A stretch of DNA of 64,000 bases from Auanema rhodensis. Lineage: Eukaryota; Animalia; Nematoda. The stretch is taken from positions 13,950,001 through 14,014,000 of the forward strand of contig OZ059894.1 of the NCBI GenBank assembly GCA_964057225.1, read 5' to 3'. The notes under the pieces are model-generated. The model was not told the DNA's origin. It saw only the letters and a program-made list of their open reading frames with translations, and made no database searches. The stretch's first letter is position 1. Each line of letters begins with the position of its first letter. Below, one piece after another: positions 42,001 through 55,000 of this stretch. The position numbers and the translations under genes are program-made.

Positions 42001-44766
42001 ATAAGGTATTCTGGGCTAGTTCATTCGTATATTCAGTAGAAAAAAGCCTAAAACGTGATTTTTAAAGGGTTTTTTTTTTCATTTCTACACATAATTTCAC
42101 AGAAAATATACTACGCAGTTAAGAAAGTTTAGAAAATTCAAAATAGTAGGGGATTTTATAGCATTTGTAATAATTTTTTAATTTGAGCCTTAAATCTCAA
42201 CAATCGAATGAGATTATTACTACAATCCTGAACGGATTTATTGAAGTCATTGAAATGTATTAATCTAAATATCATACCACAATTGCCTGTATATTCATCA
42301 CATTGTCACCTATGGACCGGTGCCGTGATGATGCCCTTTCACCAATCCCATTAGTGACAGACCGTCTGGTTTCCAGTTCATATCCTCTTTTGACCATAAC
42401 TCTCGTTTTTCTTCGCATCAACCAAATTTTGTGATTATAAAGAAATTTCGAAGGACACTATTGAGAAAGTACTATGACCATGTGAAAGATGTGAAAAGAA
42501 AAAATCTTATTTTTTTTTAACTTTCAGGAGAGATTTTGTGTCCTCAATTGTAATATTCATCCACGATTGAAGTATCATACTGCAACTCCTACGTTTCATC
42601 AATGGAGAGATGAACAACGACAAGTTTATGCTCTCAATTTTGCATCTGATGCTGAAGCTAAACTCTTTGTAATGGCAATGGGCCGAGTTCAAGAAATTCT
42701 TACTAACCAATCTTTACACGGAAACAGTGAATATCATAGTATCCAGCACGGTGAGTTGTTTTTTTTGCTATTTAACAAAAATTCCTCTCGTCAACACGGT
42801 GTTCTTTGTTCTCCCCTTTTTTTAGTTTTTGCCGCTATTTTGAGTAAAATTTCTATTGCCTTTCCCAACAAACCTCATTCTATATAGTTAGCTTTGCTCA
42901 TCATCAGTGGACAGTGACTTGCATATATTTTTAAGTTTCTATTTTCTAAAAAGCAACACTTTTATGACGTAAATTTTTCAAATTAGTGTTTTATTTTTGT
43001 CAAAAATTTACAGTATTGATCTCTTTTTATGCATGAAGATTAGGGTTCTTCAACAAACATTCTATACTGTCTTGATCATCAAAATCTTTTAGTTTTCACT
43101 AGCTTACCTGAACTGGTTTTGTGTTTCGAGTTTCAACCCAAGTTGTTGCTTTCGAAGGTGCATTACACTTCGTCATTGTTATTTTTTTACTTAAAGTATA
43201 ATGCTGAAATCAAACTGGATTGTTCATCCTTAATCTCTACTTGATACCTTACGCCCATTTTCTTGATTGCCTTTTCTTCATCTCTTCTTATCTGCGGAGT
43301 TGCTCTTTCTTTTGAAAAATCTAGCAAAGATTATCCCAGATATACTCTAATCATAACGCAAACGATTTGATTTGGGCAATTTTTTTTGCATTTCTATTCC
43401 TTTCTTCTCTGGCGTTTCATGTCCCTTGTTTCTGCGCTGTGCTGTCGAAAAGACGAAAAAGTGTTAATGGTATCTCAAGATATTATTAAACTTGGTAAAG
43501 CATTTAAAGAGGGTATTTTTTATTTTTGGAACTTTGCTTTATCGTATAATTTCAGATAATGTGTACCAAGATCCTCATCAGCACTTACAACATATCCAAT
43601 CAGCACCTAACTTTCGCGATGCTGATAATTCACTTCACCCGAGCTTTAGGTACTGAGTAGTTATTATGGGTTTGTTATGTTGTGTATCTTTAGAAAATCC
43701 TCACATGCCATACAAGGAAATGATTTGTTGAATCAACAACAGAGGCGTAGTTCACAAGGTTCCAATTCTTCACCTAATGGTCTTAATGGAATGGCTCAGG
43801 TAATTAATAGGGTTTATAAGGTATATATTGCTGTTTTTTAGCAAGGGCTACAGGCAACACCCAGTCCATCTCGTGTTCCACCTGCGCCTCCTGCACCTCC
43901 TAGTGGCGGACCCCCACCAGCGCCTCCTCCACCTCCTGCAGGAATTGCTACTGTGAACGCTCCTGCTGCTCCTCCCCCACCACCACCCGACTTATTGTCT
44001 GCAAAACCAAGCGGTGGAGCAAGGTATTTGATCCTACTTAATTCTATTTACAATTTTTCAATTCAGTCTTGCCGATCAATTGAAAAATGCATCTCTGAGG
44101 AAAACAACTGGAGCGAAAGAGAGTAGATCGCAGTCGTTGGCAGAGACGGGATCATCTTCAGCTCCACCACCCTCTACATCTAGTGGAGGAAGTATGAAAT
44201 TTGACAATTTTCAATAATATAATTATATTTTATAGCACATGGTTGTCTAATTAGTGAATTAGCTGCTACTATTAACAAGCGTAAAATAAATCAAGCTAAA
44301 GCTGATGCTGCTGATAGTAAGTCGAATATAAGCAATGGTCAGTTTTTATTCTCGCATAGATTCTGAAATATGTCATTCTCCAGGCTCTTCCGATAGTGGA
44401 TGTGGAGGTATCCAACCACCATCAAATGGAGTTAAGAAATGGGAAAGTGTGAAAACAAATGGTCATGTAGAAAGTCCAAAGACTCACAGAAAGTAAAACT
44501 ACTAGTTCAGTATGCGCATTATTGTTATTCATTTGCAGAGTTCCGTCGGGCTCTTCAATATCATCCCAAGAAGAATTAACGACAAAACCAAGTGGGCCAG
44601 TTACAGCTGAATTTTTGGAACGGTAACTAAACTTTCTTCTCTTACCCAATATAAATATCGATTTTTCAGTTTTAAAGCAGATTTGATGGTTGAAGTTCGC
44701 CTAGAAATTAACAAAGCTAAACAAGATATCATTGAAGCTTTAAAGATAGAGCTATCAAAAAAGTGA
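33034..44766 (+). CDS. unc-34: Ena/VASP family protein; alternative first exons 33034-33044 (MPTS) and 39502-39593; common exons from 41683
   Basis: EVH1 domain (SETPIAQAIADVMLY..W, YHTATPTFHQWRDEQRQVYALNFAS), poly-Pro region, SLADQLKNASLRKT, LISELAATINKRK, C-terminal tetramerisation coil; TGA at 44764-44766. Confidence 0.93.
36926..36978. repeat. 27-bp tandem duplication
   Basis: actttgttactgattgatcagctccg occurs twice in tandem. Confidence 0.9.
38835..39060 (+). promoter_or_regulatory. GC/CpG-rich island, probable promoter of the proximal unc-34 isoform
   Basis: Appears to be the most GC-rich non-coding stretch in the window, ~450 bp upstream of the acceptor and ATG at 39497-39502. Confidence 0.5.
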
Positions 44767-47371
44767 GCGTGTTCTAGCGCTTTTTAGGCATTCGAAAACG
44801 GTGCTGATTTATTCTTACTAATTCCACTTTTGTTACTGATTATGTTCTTCTGTTGATACAGTGTTCACTCTACGCATTCATAGTGCTCATTGTGTTATTG
44901 GCAGGGATTTTAGCCTAACAATGACCACACTTGTCCTCTTTTTATATTGTAATCAAGAATTTTTATTTTCTAATATAGATAGAGTATAGTAGAATTTACT
45001 AGCAGTTTATGAAACCTATGTACAGTTCTTATTATTTTTGTTCTCGTTGAGGTTTCCATGTGGATTTACTTTATAAAATACTGCCAAAATGCTCAGAACA
45101 ACCCCATCCCCTTTTTTCTTTAATTATTTTTGTCTAAGTCTTGGTATTGAAAAAGTCATTTGTATAATACATTCTCTCAACAATACCACTTTTTATTTGT
45201 ATCGTCAGTTTTAACTTTTCCACTTTCTGGTCACCTCAACTGTTGAAAACAGGACCGAAGACCTCATTAGCTTCTCTTTTTGCTGCATTGTACTGGTGAT
45301 TCTGGCTCTCGTTTGTACCCAATGATAATTTTATTATAATTGATGATTATATATTTGAATTATTCGTATATTCAATCAGTTACTGCTACGGTGACCGAGT
45401 CCTTACCGATTTTACGCTTAGTATTCGAAAGGTCTTGGTCCTACTTTTGTGGCACTTGTTTCTATGAATAAAACACTATTATACATGATTGTAATGTTTT
45501 TATTTTATAAATACGTTTTTTTACTGAAGAAATCGTTTCAAATCATATTTACAGTTTTTTTGGAAAAGTGTTCTATATACATTTACTATCATGAAAATGA
45601 AAATCTAAAAGATATTACATTAGTTGATTCGAAGATAATTGAAATCTTCTAGAAAATAAAAGTGGAATATACTTGAAGGAAAGCTGTATATGTACTTTTT
45701 ATGAATACTATTGAGCACTGAGCTCTAAGCACATGCGTACGAATAAATTTCACAAATTGAATGAATAGCCAATAGATTACACATAGCCATGTTCTTTATA
45801 TTTTCAATTTCCTTTCTTTCGAGTGTTTACCTAATAAAATTACCTTAATTGGTTTGGAAGGAACGTGAATTTGATTTTTTTGGACAAGATGTTGTCTGCC
45901 ATCCGATAATAATGCTATTTTTTCAATTTATATTGATTTGTTGCGAACTTGGTGAATTCGGTTCAGTCATCACATTGTTTTCTTTCATCAAGTATCCTTC
46001 ATCTTCAAGTTTTGTACATCATTGTCGATTTTCTCAACGATGACCTCAAACTAATGGCACATGCTATATCTATGGAACGCCTGTTGTTGTTCAAATTAGT
46101 TTTTTTCTCATTTCTCTCCGTACCTTATGGCCACTCCTTCTTATCGAATAACCTGGAGTTATATGTTCATAACTGTTGATGATTATGAACAGTTTGTGTA
46201 ATATTATATGAATATTTTAATTATTCATTTGTTATTCATTGGATGACTATGTCAACATTATATAAACTGATTCATATTCATTCCTTTCTACTTAATCCTC
46301 TAGATCATTTCATATTATTCTTCTATTGAATGTTTTCTTCGATTCTTTTTATATGTTTAACTAGCCTAACTTCCGTATCAGCGAAATAATTTTAGCATTC
46401 CTAATCAAACAACAAATCTTATCAATTTAATTGTCTTAATAGCTTTTGCTTTTTTTCAATAATTTATTTAAGAAAACAAGAGGTTGAACACAACATTTTT
46501 TGAAGAACCTATGAAACCGATGTTTTATTTAATGGGTTTGCAATAGTCAGAAAAATATTTTCACTGATTGTTTATATCTTTTTAAATCTGTTGAGAATCC
46601 AATTTTCCATCCATAAAACAAGTAAAACAGCTTGTAGTCTAAATATCAGCCACATGTTTTTGAAGCAATTCGATTTTTTGTAACCCAAACATGGTTATGT
46701 GTTCTCTCTGCTTAGTTCTATACGGAGATGAAGGCGGAACAACAGCCACCCGTTCATAATACTTCATCTTTTATGAAAAGCTTGTTTTAGTCTATCAATT
46801 GCTAATATATGAAAAAGGTTTTGAAATCATTTAAACTATCAGAAAATTGTCATTATTTAAAAAAAAATGAAATGTCAATTAATAAATTTAGATAATTTAG
46901 TTAAAGATACAATGTTAAAGGAAAAAAAACTTATTTATTATTATTTCTACTTTTTTTTAGACTAATTTTATTTTTAGCTGAATTCATGAGCTTTGCCTTA
47001 GGCTATTTCTAAAAAGGCTTGTCGTGCTTCGCTTTTACGCGTTTCTCTTTCACTCTTTTTATTTTATTTTTGCTTTTAGCTTGGGATGCTTCAGTGCTCT
47101 CGAGCTATATGTGCTACAAAGACGTTCCCTTATCAGTTGTCTCCCATATTAGTTTTTCTTCTTTTTTCTGTCGTCTGCTTTCTGTACTATGACGGGTTGA
47201 TTGTTCTTATTTTGAAGATATTTAAGGGCTACATCTACATCGAAGCTTGTTGGATTTTATTTCACATCTGTTTTGGCCATTCACTTCAACAAGGATTGAT
47301 CATCAAATTCGGAAAAAAGATTCCCTCGTGATTGAGAGAGCCTTAGAGAGAACCATTGCTCAAGCTACATC

Positions 47372-48995
47372 ATGAGCTTAATACGATTATGCACATCGTT
47401 ATTCTTCATAATTTGTTTCTTTCTTGAGATTCAGTTAGCTCACGCTTGTTTCCCTTGTGACGATGTATTCAGTAAGTTATTACCGTATTTGAGCAGTTAC
47501 ATATTTTTTTTCAATAAAGGCCTAAAAGAGACTAGGAGGTGGAAAATGGGTTCTGATTTTGATTATCTAATGTTAACTAGAATATATCCAACCGCCGTAT
47601 GTAGAGCAGATGATGATGCTGGTAAGATTTTTCAAAAGATTATACATTTGTATATCATAATATGATTATTCAGTTGCCGGGTCATGTGAAATACCGCAAC
47701 ATGTTCCAAGCTGGACAGTTCACGGTTTGTGGCCAAATTATAAAAATGGCTCTTATCCCCAGTTTTGTCATGGGAGCCCTCCACATTTCGATATAAACTT
47801 AGTAGATCCAATTCTTCATGAATTAACGTTAGTTTAAAAAATAAATAGAAAGAACTCTTATCTCTTATTTTTTAGAACAAACTGGCCAAATCTTTTAACA
47901 CATCATTCTGTTGAATCATTATGGAAACATGAATATGATAAACATGGAACATGTAGTCAAAGTGATAGCAAATTAGAGACAGAATTAAAATATTTTAATG
48001 CGTAATTCTATCTCTTAAATACAAAAAACAAACTTTTATATCTCAGAACTCTGGCTCTTAACCATTTATATGATGTTGATTATGCTTTACATTCTGCAGA
48101 TATTCAACCATCACTTTATCCATACAAGAAATCCCAAATGCAAGAGGTTTGTTTAAATTTTTTTTAGAGATCTTTATAAACAATATTTTACTTTTTTTCT
48201 ATTGAAATGCTACAACTTCTATTTTCATTGTTTTGCTCCATATTTGTTACTGGATGTTTCATCTAGTAGTATTTGCACCCATATTTATCTTCTTTATATT
48301 TTTGGGCAAGACATATTTTCGAAGTATTTTGATGTATTTCATAATTTGAAGAACAAAAATGATATCTAGAATTGAAAATTCATATTTCTAGGCTTTGAAT
48401 AAATATCTGGGCAAAGGAAAACATGTTCAATTTAATTGTTTGAAAGACAAAAAGGTTTGTTAATCCAAAATATACACTTATTTATTATAAAAAAACATCA
48501 TTTAGTCAGATATGACTATGCTTGGAGATGTGCGTATGTGCATTGATAAGGATTTTGAGATTATTGACTGCCCAAAACAACATCGTAGAGTTTTGAAATA
48601 TGGAGCTCCTCTCCCATCGTTCCATGTAAGCTCCTAACTCTTATAATTCTTAATATTATGTTCTTTAACAGGAATGTCCGGAAGAAATAATGTATTTGGT
48701 ACCGACCACAAAAAGACTGAAATCAGTTGATCAAGTGCGAAGAAAAATTGTGGGTATGCTCTACTATTTTAGTCCCTTTCTCTTCGTTGGTGCTCATCCC
48801 TTTACATTTGTACAAAGTATTCCAGTCACGTAAGCTTTATTTCTATTACCTTTATCCAATTATTCATTTTTCAGTTTCCTTGTGATGACTGTGGCAGTAT
48901 GTCTACTCATTTTTTCCAAAATTGCTCATATTTATTTCAAAAAGTGTATTTCGCATGGAAATGTGGGAACTTCAGATGTCGAAAATATTGTCTAA
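47372..48995 (+). CDS. rnst-2: Ribonuclease T2 with C-terminal hydrophobic segment
   Basis: Signal peptide, CAS I WTVHGLWP, CAS II LWKHEYDKHGTC, tail FLVMTVAVCLLIFSKI. Confidence 0.92.
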
Positions 48996-49254
48996 ATATC
49001 AAATCGAGTACTTTTTAAACTAGGGGTGTAAAAATTAGAATAGATAGTTTTCTAATCTAATATTTAATATAATATTTTTACTAAAATCTTGTATCTTCAA
49101 TAATTACCGGTATGTAAACGGTTATTTTGTACGTTCTTCTAAGAAGCTTAATTCCTCTAGTAAAATATAATATTTAGCACAATTGTATTTTTTAATAAAA
49201 AATTTATTTAAACAAAACAAAGATAACAAGAAGAAACATTAGTGTTGTTACAAT

Positions 49255-50237
49255 TTAAAACTCTGGCATAGCCTTCTCATTACGTCCAGCTTGTCCCTCA
49301 TGCCAAGCTTTACGAATATTTCTTAAAACAGATAATAAGATAATTACTTTACTTCCAATTACCTTTTCATCTCATCATCGCCAGTATCGTAGAGTTCTTT
49401 CATCATATTTATGATAGAAGATTGAGGATTTGAATCATCGCCGCCTTCGAATTTAGGTTTTCTAAAAACAAAATAGTACAGACGTCTGAAAAAGATAAAA
49501 ATACGTTTTTTCTTTTTCGACATGCTCAGTCTTAGTGAGTGCACCCCAGTTGCCTTCAGTTTTCTTTCTTAACATTACAAGGACATCATTAGACTTTTGC
49601 TGGAAAATAATGTTATGATGAACTCTTTGAAGTCTAAAGTTGAAACCTTGACTTGACAAGAGTCTGGAACAATGTCTTGGAATAAATCTTTCATGGCAAA
49701 GCTATGAGTAACTCCATCAAGGCCAACTACCTGAACGCTGAACTCTCTGCAAATAACAGCATAAAACTCTAATTTTTCCAGCAAACATGCCTTTCATTAA
49801 AGCTTGATTCAATGTTGGAAGCTGGAATCTTTTGAGCGTCTTTAATAGGGATATATAGCTTCATGAACTTGTCAGATTGGTCCAAAGCTACAAATTTTAA
49901 GAAATAAAAGTTGTAAGGTTATATAAATTTTAAACCATAGTTAGTCACTTTTACAACAGAAAGAGCTGGAGCTAAACTTGTAACAGTGGCTGGAGAGGAG
50001 GGTTTAGCCTGAAGGATACTGCTTTAAACACAGCATTCAATATTAAGAAATATACCACAGCAGCCTGCTCCCTTTTGATTTTTGTTTCGAGTTCATTAAT
50101 TTTTGCATCCAAAAACCCTTGTACTAGTTTTCGATTAGATTGTACTCTCAAAGACTTTAACTCAGTAAGGTCTGCTTCAATCTGTAAGTACAGAATGAGG
50201 CAATACCTTATGAATTACCAACCTCAACAAGTGTCAT
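49255..50237 (-). CDS. CACYBP: Calcyclin-binding / Siah-interacting protein
   Basis: N-terminal EIEADLTELKSL, CS domain KVTNYALDQSDKFMKLYI, SGS domain SIINMMKELYDTGDDEMKRNIRKAW. Confidence 0.92.
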
Positions 50238-51340
50238 TATGAACTGCTAACACAAATTCAGGAAACCGACAAGTTCTACAAAAAAATAACTTCATAACTA
50301 AATATTTCAACAAAAAATATAAGGAGAAATGGATAAACAGGCTCAAATAGCTAAATAACACCTTAATAGTGCCTCCCCTTGACGTATCAGTGGAGAAAAC
50401 ACTAGAACTTTCCAGAAACATTTCTGTTTTTCAATATTTGTTAGATCGAATCGATCGCAAACGTTTTTTTTTTCTTTTAAATTCAAAATTATACATATTT
50501 CTCAAACAAATCCCTCATTTCACATTACGTGCAATTGAAAATATTAGTTTTTGATATGAAACATATATACAGAAATATAAAATTATCAAAGCTTTAATAA
50601 CATATACACTCTTTATGTCACGGAAATTTGAAGAAAAAATAGTAAAGTAGTAAGTAAGTGAAGCTGGTGATGAAGCACGTATTTCGATTTTTCAAAGTCG
50701 AAATGGTGCAACCCGATAAAACGGAAACTTGTAAAACAGATTGAGAACTGGCCTCTCCTTAATTGGTAAAAAATATACAATATCTCAAAGAAAATAAAGA
50801 AAAAACTTCGAAATATCTTATAAGTAGAACCTGAGGAAGGAAAAGCTGGGCTTTCGGTTTAGCACCTTGTTGTATAATGGGAAAAGAGAGAAGAGAAATG
50901 TACAAGAGAGGAATCAAGTAAAATGACAATCAGATGACAAAACCTGCACAATCTTCAGTAAACGAATGGAACAGCTCAAACAAAGAAAGAGATGGAGGGA
51001 AGATGAATGTGGCGAACAAAAGTTTCAATTTCTTCTTCATGAAATAATATATTACTTATTTAAGTTTACAACAACATATATTCATCAACGGGTTTTTGGA
51101 CTCATTTTTAGGCAATTAATAAATTGAATTTAAGGCTTTCAGGAGAAGTTTTCACGAAAAATATCAAAAATAAATATGAAATATAAAATGACCTAACATG
51201 GCGAAATAGAAGATATAGCTAGCTTTACAATCATCATAGTTCGTAACATATATGATTGAATATAACGATGAGATATGCCTGATCTGAAAAAAGTAAAATT
51301 GAATAAAGAGAATATATGTAATTAAAAAAACCTCTTTAAA

Positions 51341-52076
51341 TTACATGAGGGAACAACATCCTTTGCTTTCTCGAGCTTTATTTTGAATGTAATTCATTTC
51401 TCTTACGATTTCAGCAAACGTTACATTCACATTTTGATGATTTTTAGCAGAGCATTCCGTAAATGGACAATTCCAATATTCAGCTAAATAATTGAAAATA
51501 AAAAATACTTGAAAACAACAATGATTTGATTTACCTAAAGCTAATCCTTCTTCCTGTCTGACTTGCCTTTGATGAGCCAAATCGCATTTGTTTCCCACCA
51601 AAAGAATAGGAACTTGCTCAGTACCCTGGAAAGCAAAATATCTAAAATATTTCAAAATTTTGAAATAAACGAACCTTTACTCGTACGATCTGTTCTCTCA
51701 TAGTTTTAATGTCATGGAAAGTTTGTTGACTAGTGATAGAATATACAACAACAAAACCCTTCAAAAAAAACGTTCAGTTGATTTAAATCTAAATTTTTAA
51801 TATACCTGTCCGTTTTTAATATATAAATCTCTCATAGAGGAAAACTGTTCAGTTCCTGCAGTATCCAAAATTTCAAGAACACAGGGCTGTCCATCAACCT
51901 GCAAAAAATATATGAATTTTAAAGAAATATGCTGATGTTACCTCAATTTCTTTTCTATAGAAATCTTCAATAGTTGGATCATATTTTTCAATAAAGGTTT
52001 GACTAACAAATTGGACCGTTAAAGCACTTTTACCAACACCTCCACTTCCCAGGACAACAACTTTAAACTCACGCAT
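51341..52076 (-). CDS. rap-2: Rap2 small GTPase; possible upstream in-frame mini-exon MAHS at 52194-52183
   Basis: [63 protein letters not shown]-terminal CCSLM CAAX. Confidence 0.97.
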
Positions 52077-55000
52077 CTAAAATGAAATGAATTTTATGAT
52101 CGGAAAAGTTAAAAGTGCAAAACAAAGTAAAACATGTCACACAAAGTAGTATTAGTAGACTAAAGAAAAATGCTTAACTTACTGAATGAGCCATTTTCAC
52201 TATTTTATAGCAAAGTTTTATGAACTTTCAGTCAAATTACAGAGAATTTCGAGTTAATTGGAGGAAAACGTGAACAGGAGTAGTGTCAGAAATCTTTTGG
52301 GCTTTAAGAAAAGCAAGAAGAAATTAGTGTAATGAGCAGCTGAGCATCATTTTCCTTCAACAGAACATGGGCGGATGGCATATGTTTAAATTAAAGAAAG
52401 ATATTTTGTGAGAAACGTATGTTCCAAAAATGATTTTAGATCTAATAACAGAGAAAATGTAACATGAAAGAATAAAGATAATATAAACAACAGCAAAGCA
52501 TTGAATTTATTTGGCTGAGGGACTAATAACATAGTACTAGTTCGGTAAACAGGATAATTTTTATTATGCTAGAGAAAAGAGTTTCAGTAAAATGGAAAAG
52601 TGTTTGTTGATAAAAACAAGATAAAAACAGATAAACACTATCCTATCTAGAAATTAGTATTTTTTCAAAAATAATGAAGAGAATATATCTGTTTAAACTA
52701 TAATATATCGTTCAAAAAAATATTTCAGTTCACAATGATGAATAAGAGCTAAGAATTATGGAAATTGAAGGATAACAGAAGCGGAAATTAAGCAAAAAAC
52801 GGAAAACCGGACCGGAGACGTGGGATTGAAAGTGTTCTTTACAGACCACATTGCGTACTTCCATATGGACGCTCAACGCCAAACGAAGTACAAGAGGAGG
52901 GCAAAAGGGAAAAAGGAGAGGGCTGGGACTAAAGGAGGCACTTACTCAGATAAAACGAGTCGACCTGTTAGAATATGTATAAAATTGAGCAGAAAAGCAG
53001 GCATCGCTAACAGACGGTCAGTTTATAAACATAATCAAAGTGAATAGCTACGGATAGTAATAAGAGATACAGAATGTATTACTTATAAGGAGCTATGAAT
53101 ATAAGTAATTTTTGAAATAGTTGTGAGATTTCATAGTTTATACAGAGAATGACAAGACATTGCTAAAGATTTCGGATGTTTTGGTCGAAAAGTTGCGTGT
53201 TAAATGACAACAAAATGGTTTTCATTCACGAGAACGAATAGTCTAGGCTCGAGATCAAGCAATTCTATTTTCCATAGCGATGAAAGCAATGAAGAAAGGG
53301 GAGGGGGGCATATAATATCCATTGCATTCTTAAGAAATTCAAAAAGACTGCAAAAATCTGAAGGCAATAAAAGAATAAAAACAGTAGCGGAGTCGTGACC
53401 GAATTCGGGTATGAGCTCACTACTACGAGCGATCGTCGCCATCATCTTAGCAATCAGTCTAGACCGGTTAGACTACAGTCAGAAGAATTCAGTGAATTAC
53501 TAACGTTTATAAACGTCACTTGAGCAAGTGATTCGATACAATAATAATGGAGTACTGAAATCAGTTGAGGAGCTCGTTTTTATTATTGCAGATGACGAAC
53601 GATAAGTTCTTAGACGTTAATAAGTTAGAAAAACGATGAGATGGTGCAGGACACACAGACGTATAGCATTTCACGCTGCAGGGCGAAAACCGGTCCTACC
53701 GAAATTCAGGAATTGTCTGAATGAGCCAAATATTGGACAAACGAAATGATTCCTGCCCAGCTTGGAGCATGGTCAATAGTTAGACGATGGCGTTGTGTGT
53801 CTATACATATATCTGAGTGCATTTGCGCACTATGAAGCCTGCGGAAAAGTTTGGGACATGAAAAAAAGTGTCAGGTGAATGAGCGTATTTTTATATCATA
53901 TAATAATCTGCATAATTAATCGGATACATGAAATAAGTTTCTTGTTAAATTCAATAAACTATGCCAATCAACATATGCGGAATATGATATGAGGCGGATG
54001 ATTGAAAACTGTCAAAGTTCCCGCTGTGGTTGCGTTAGTTTCATGAGGCAGATGAGGTGACGACAGAACATAGACCGGTTCGTCGGAAATCAGCCATATG
54101 TGGGAATTCTGAAGAATTGAATATTGTGGATATTGGATATCCAGCCAGTCAACTTGCAAAGCACGTCAACTGTCATATTATGAAATTGAGAGATAATAAT
54201 GATGTGCGAAAATACATAAATTATGGCTTTTAATAGGAATTAAAAAATTAACCCAAATGGGTAATTGGCATTTTGCGAGAAAAGGGAGAAAATTGATATA
54301 TCAATATCCCGTTTTATGTCATATTATCAATGAAAGTATTATTACTACAGCTTATATAGAAATGAATAAATTAGAAATTTGAGAACAAATTGAAAACAAG
54401 GTCAGTATATCCTGGCATTCTCTTTGAATGGTTTACTATTCCCTCACCCTCTCTTTATTTGGGTGATCTGAGCACCGTGTGAGCTTGAAAATATTTGAAA
54501 CAGCTGTCTCTTTCTATATCTAAGACAGATGTGAGAAGATGATCCCTTGGGGAGGACGAAGAATACGAGGTGACCATAACGACAGTGAATGGAGAAAAAT
54601 CGTCCGAATATGAACTGGTACTCTTACAATGAATGATGGAATTTTCTATGGCAAGTATCTATCTGTGATCTAAGTTGTGCGTATACCACTTCTATACGTT
54701 ACTTCTTAGAAAGGTAGAAGTGGTGTTCTGGATGTAGGAAAAATAAGTAGAAGAGTGTGATGGTGAGGGCTTTTGCCTGGAGTAGTTAGAGCTGGAGAAG
54801 GACTAGCATAAAGTGAGAGTAACAGAGGGATGCTAGAAGATGAGACGAAAGAACACTTAACTACCTTCCGACTACCGGCTTTTGGTTGTCTAATTGCACT
54901 GAAACAACAACCCGCATCGCACTACATGTTATGCTAGGCAAAATTCAAATAAAACAAAACTATACGTATAGTTAAGAATAGGAAGAAAGAAAACGGGTAC

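Noticed and set aside
54684-54725. 12-bp hairpin TACCACTTCTAT/GTAGAAGTGGTG as a pre-miRNA
   Set aside because: The stem is too short and no recognisable mature miRNA is present.
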